Shown: piece by piece, positions 31,197-32,000 of the stretch | How positions within the stretch are numbered: the first letter of the stretch is position 1 | How the letters are laid out: the number at the start of each line of letters is the position of its first letter | Source: an uncultured Gammaproteobacteria bacterium | GTDB lineage: Bacteria > Patescibacteriota > Patescibacteriia > VMEV01 > CAZAJQ01 | Length of the DNA: 32,000 bases | Assembly (NCBI GenBank): GCA_964485795.1 | Contig: CAZAJQ010000003.1 | Location: 876 to 32,875 of the forward strand | Direction of reading: 5' to 3' | Position numbers and translations under genes: made by a program | The notes under the pieces: generated by a model | Seen by the model: the letters and a program-made list of their open reading frames with translations, nothing else | Database searches by the model: none | Told to the model about the DNA's origin: nothing

Positions 31197-32000
31197 ATGA
31201 AGGATCATATTTTTACGGGACTTGATATCGGATCTTCTTCGGTCAAAATTGTCATCGGACAAAAATTTTTCGATGAAGACAAAAAGTCTCAGCTTCAGAT
31301 CATCGGCGTGGCGGAACATCCCACCGAAGGCATGAACCGAGGGATTGTCACTAGCATCGAAGATTTGGTGGCTTCCGTATCCGCTTGCGTGGAAAAGGCA
31401 GAGCGCATGGCCGGCGTATCCATTGAGCGCGCCTTTGTGAGCATCAGTGGCAGTCATATCATTTCCCAGACATCACGTGGCGTCATAGCTGTTTCCAGAG
31501 CCAATGGTGAGATCAATGAAGATGATGTGGAGCGAGTCATCGAAGCCGCGCAAACCGTGGCGACTCCTCCAAATTATGAGATATTGCACGTTATCCCGCG
31601 CACCTTCATGGTGGACAATCAAGCGGGAATCAAGGATCCCATCGGAATGATCGGCGTGCGGCTTGAAGTGGAAGCCCAGATCATTCAGGGGCTTTCGTCA
31701 CAAATAAAAAACCTTACCAAATCCGTTTATCGCACGGGAATTGACATTGATGACATCGTGCTTTCATCGCTGGCCGCCGCGGAAAGCGTGCTTTCAAAAC
31801 GACAAAAAGAATTGGGCGTATGTTTGGTCACGATCGGCGGATCCACCACGAGCATGGTGGTCATTGAAGAAGGGGAAGTGATTCATACGGCCATACTGCC
31901 TTTGGGCGGCGGGCATATCACTTCCGATATTGCGATCGGTCTTCGCATTCCCATTGACGCCGCTGAGTCCATCAAGCTTTTGTACGGCGACACGGTCGAA
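31197..32000 (+). CDS. ftsA: Cell-division protein FtsA (N-terminal 268 codons; continues beyond the window)
   Basis: This ORF is not in the supplied track because it has no stop in the window. My own translation from ATG 31197 gives MKDHIFTGLDIGSSSVKIVIGQ...GMNRGIVTSIEDLVASV...VIPRTFMVDNQAGIKDPIGMIGVRLEVEAQII...LVTIGGSTTSMVVIEEGEV...LPLGGGHITSDIAIGL. This is the classic actin-fold FtsA pattern. The antisense track ORF 31131-31457 is spurious. Confidence 0.9.
   Translation, partial: MKDHIFTGLDIGSSSVKIVIGQKFFDEDKKSQLQIIGVAEHPTEGMNRGIVTSIEDLVASVSACVEKAERMAGVSIERAFVSISGSHIISQTSRGVIAVSRANGEINEDDVERVIEAAQTVATPPNYEILHVIPRTFMVDNQAGIKDPIGMIGVRLEVEAQIIQGLSSQIKNLTKSVYRTGIDIDDIVLSSLAAAESVLSKRQKELGVCLVTIGGSTTSMVVIEEGEVIHTAILPLGGGHITSDIAIGLRIPIDAAESIKLLYGDTVE

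Overview
This 32-kb window looks like chromosomal DNA. All convincing ORFs read through in the standard bacterial code, with no sign of UGA recoding.

Housekeeping content:
- Plus strand: M16 peptidase, GT4 glycosyltransferase, parA-parB, tRNA-Arg, thrS, lepB, hisS, rpsU, ybeY and ftsA (which runs off the 3' edge).
- Minus strand: a DUF457-like membrane hydrolase, a tRNA cluster (Leu-CAA, initiator fMet, a second CAU tRNA), a short Rel/SpoT homologue, pth, der and an LCP-family protein.

Several features suggest a reduced-genome Candidate Phyla Radiation (Patescibacteria)-type bacterium. This is inference from memory; no search was possible.
- ThrRS lacks its TGS domain and Rel stops after its TGS domain.
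- No tRNA encodes CCA.
- Many exported proteins carry thrombospondin type-3 (TSP3) acidic repeats.
- VirB2/TrbC-like 'pilin' hairpin modules and 'HGEAWY..RYYLG' modules are present.

The most interesting region is an 11.4-kb run of six co-directional genes (19188-30629) between rpsU and ybeY-ftsA.
- All six products are exported or membrane-anchored.
- It contains three consecutive VirB2/TrbC-like pilin modules. Two are fused through Gly-rich linkers to long Ig/IPT arrays, one of them a 1711-aa protein.
- It also encodes a very Cys-rich 834-aa protein with eukaryote-like TSP3 repeats and CGDG-type cysteine repeats, and two small TSP3 membrane-anchored proteins.
- No secretion or assembly ATPase lies nearby.
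- I propose this is an undescribed cell-surface attachment or envelope system.

Smaller observations:
- A perfect 16-bp stem-loop at the parA/parB junction covers the parB Shine-Dalgarno.
- A tandem-heptamer hairpin element occurs twice, at 10696 and 28951.
- An imperfect long palindrome and an 18-nt tRNA 3'-end duplication lie in the tRNA cluster.
- A low-G+C two-gene islet sits next to tRNA-Arg.

All domain names come from motif recognition by eye and memory, not from searches.
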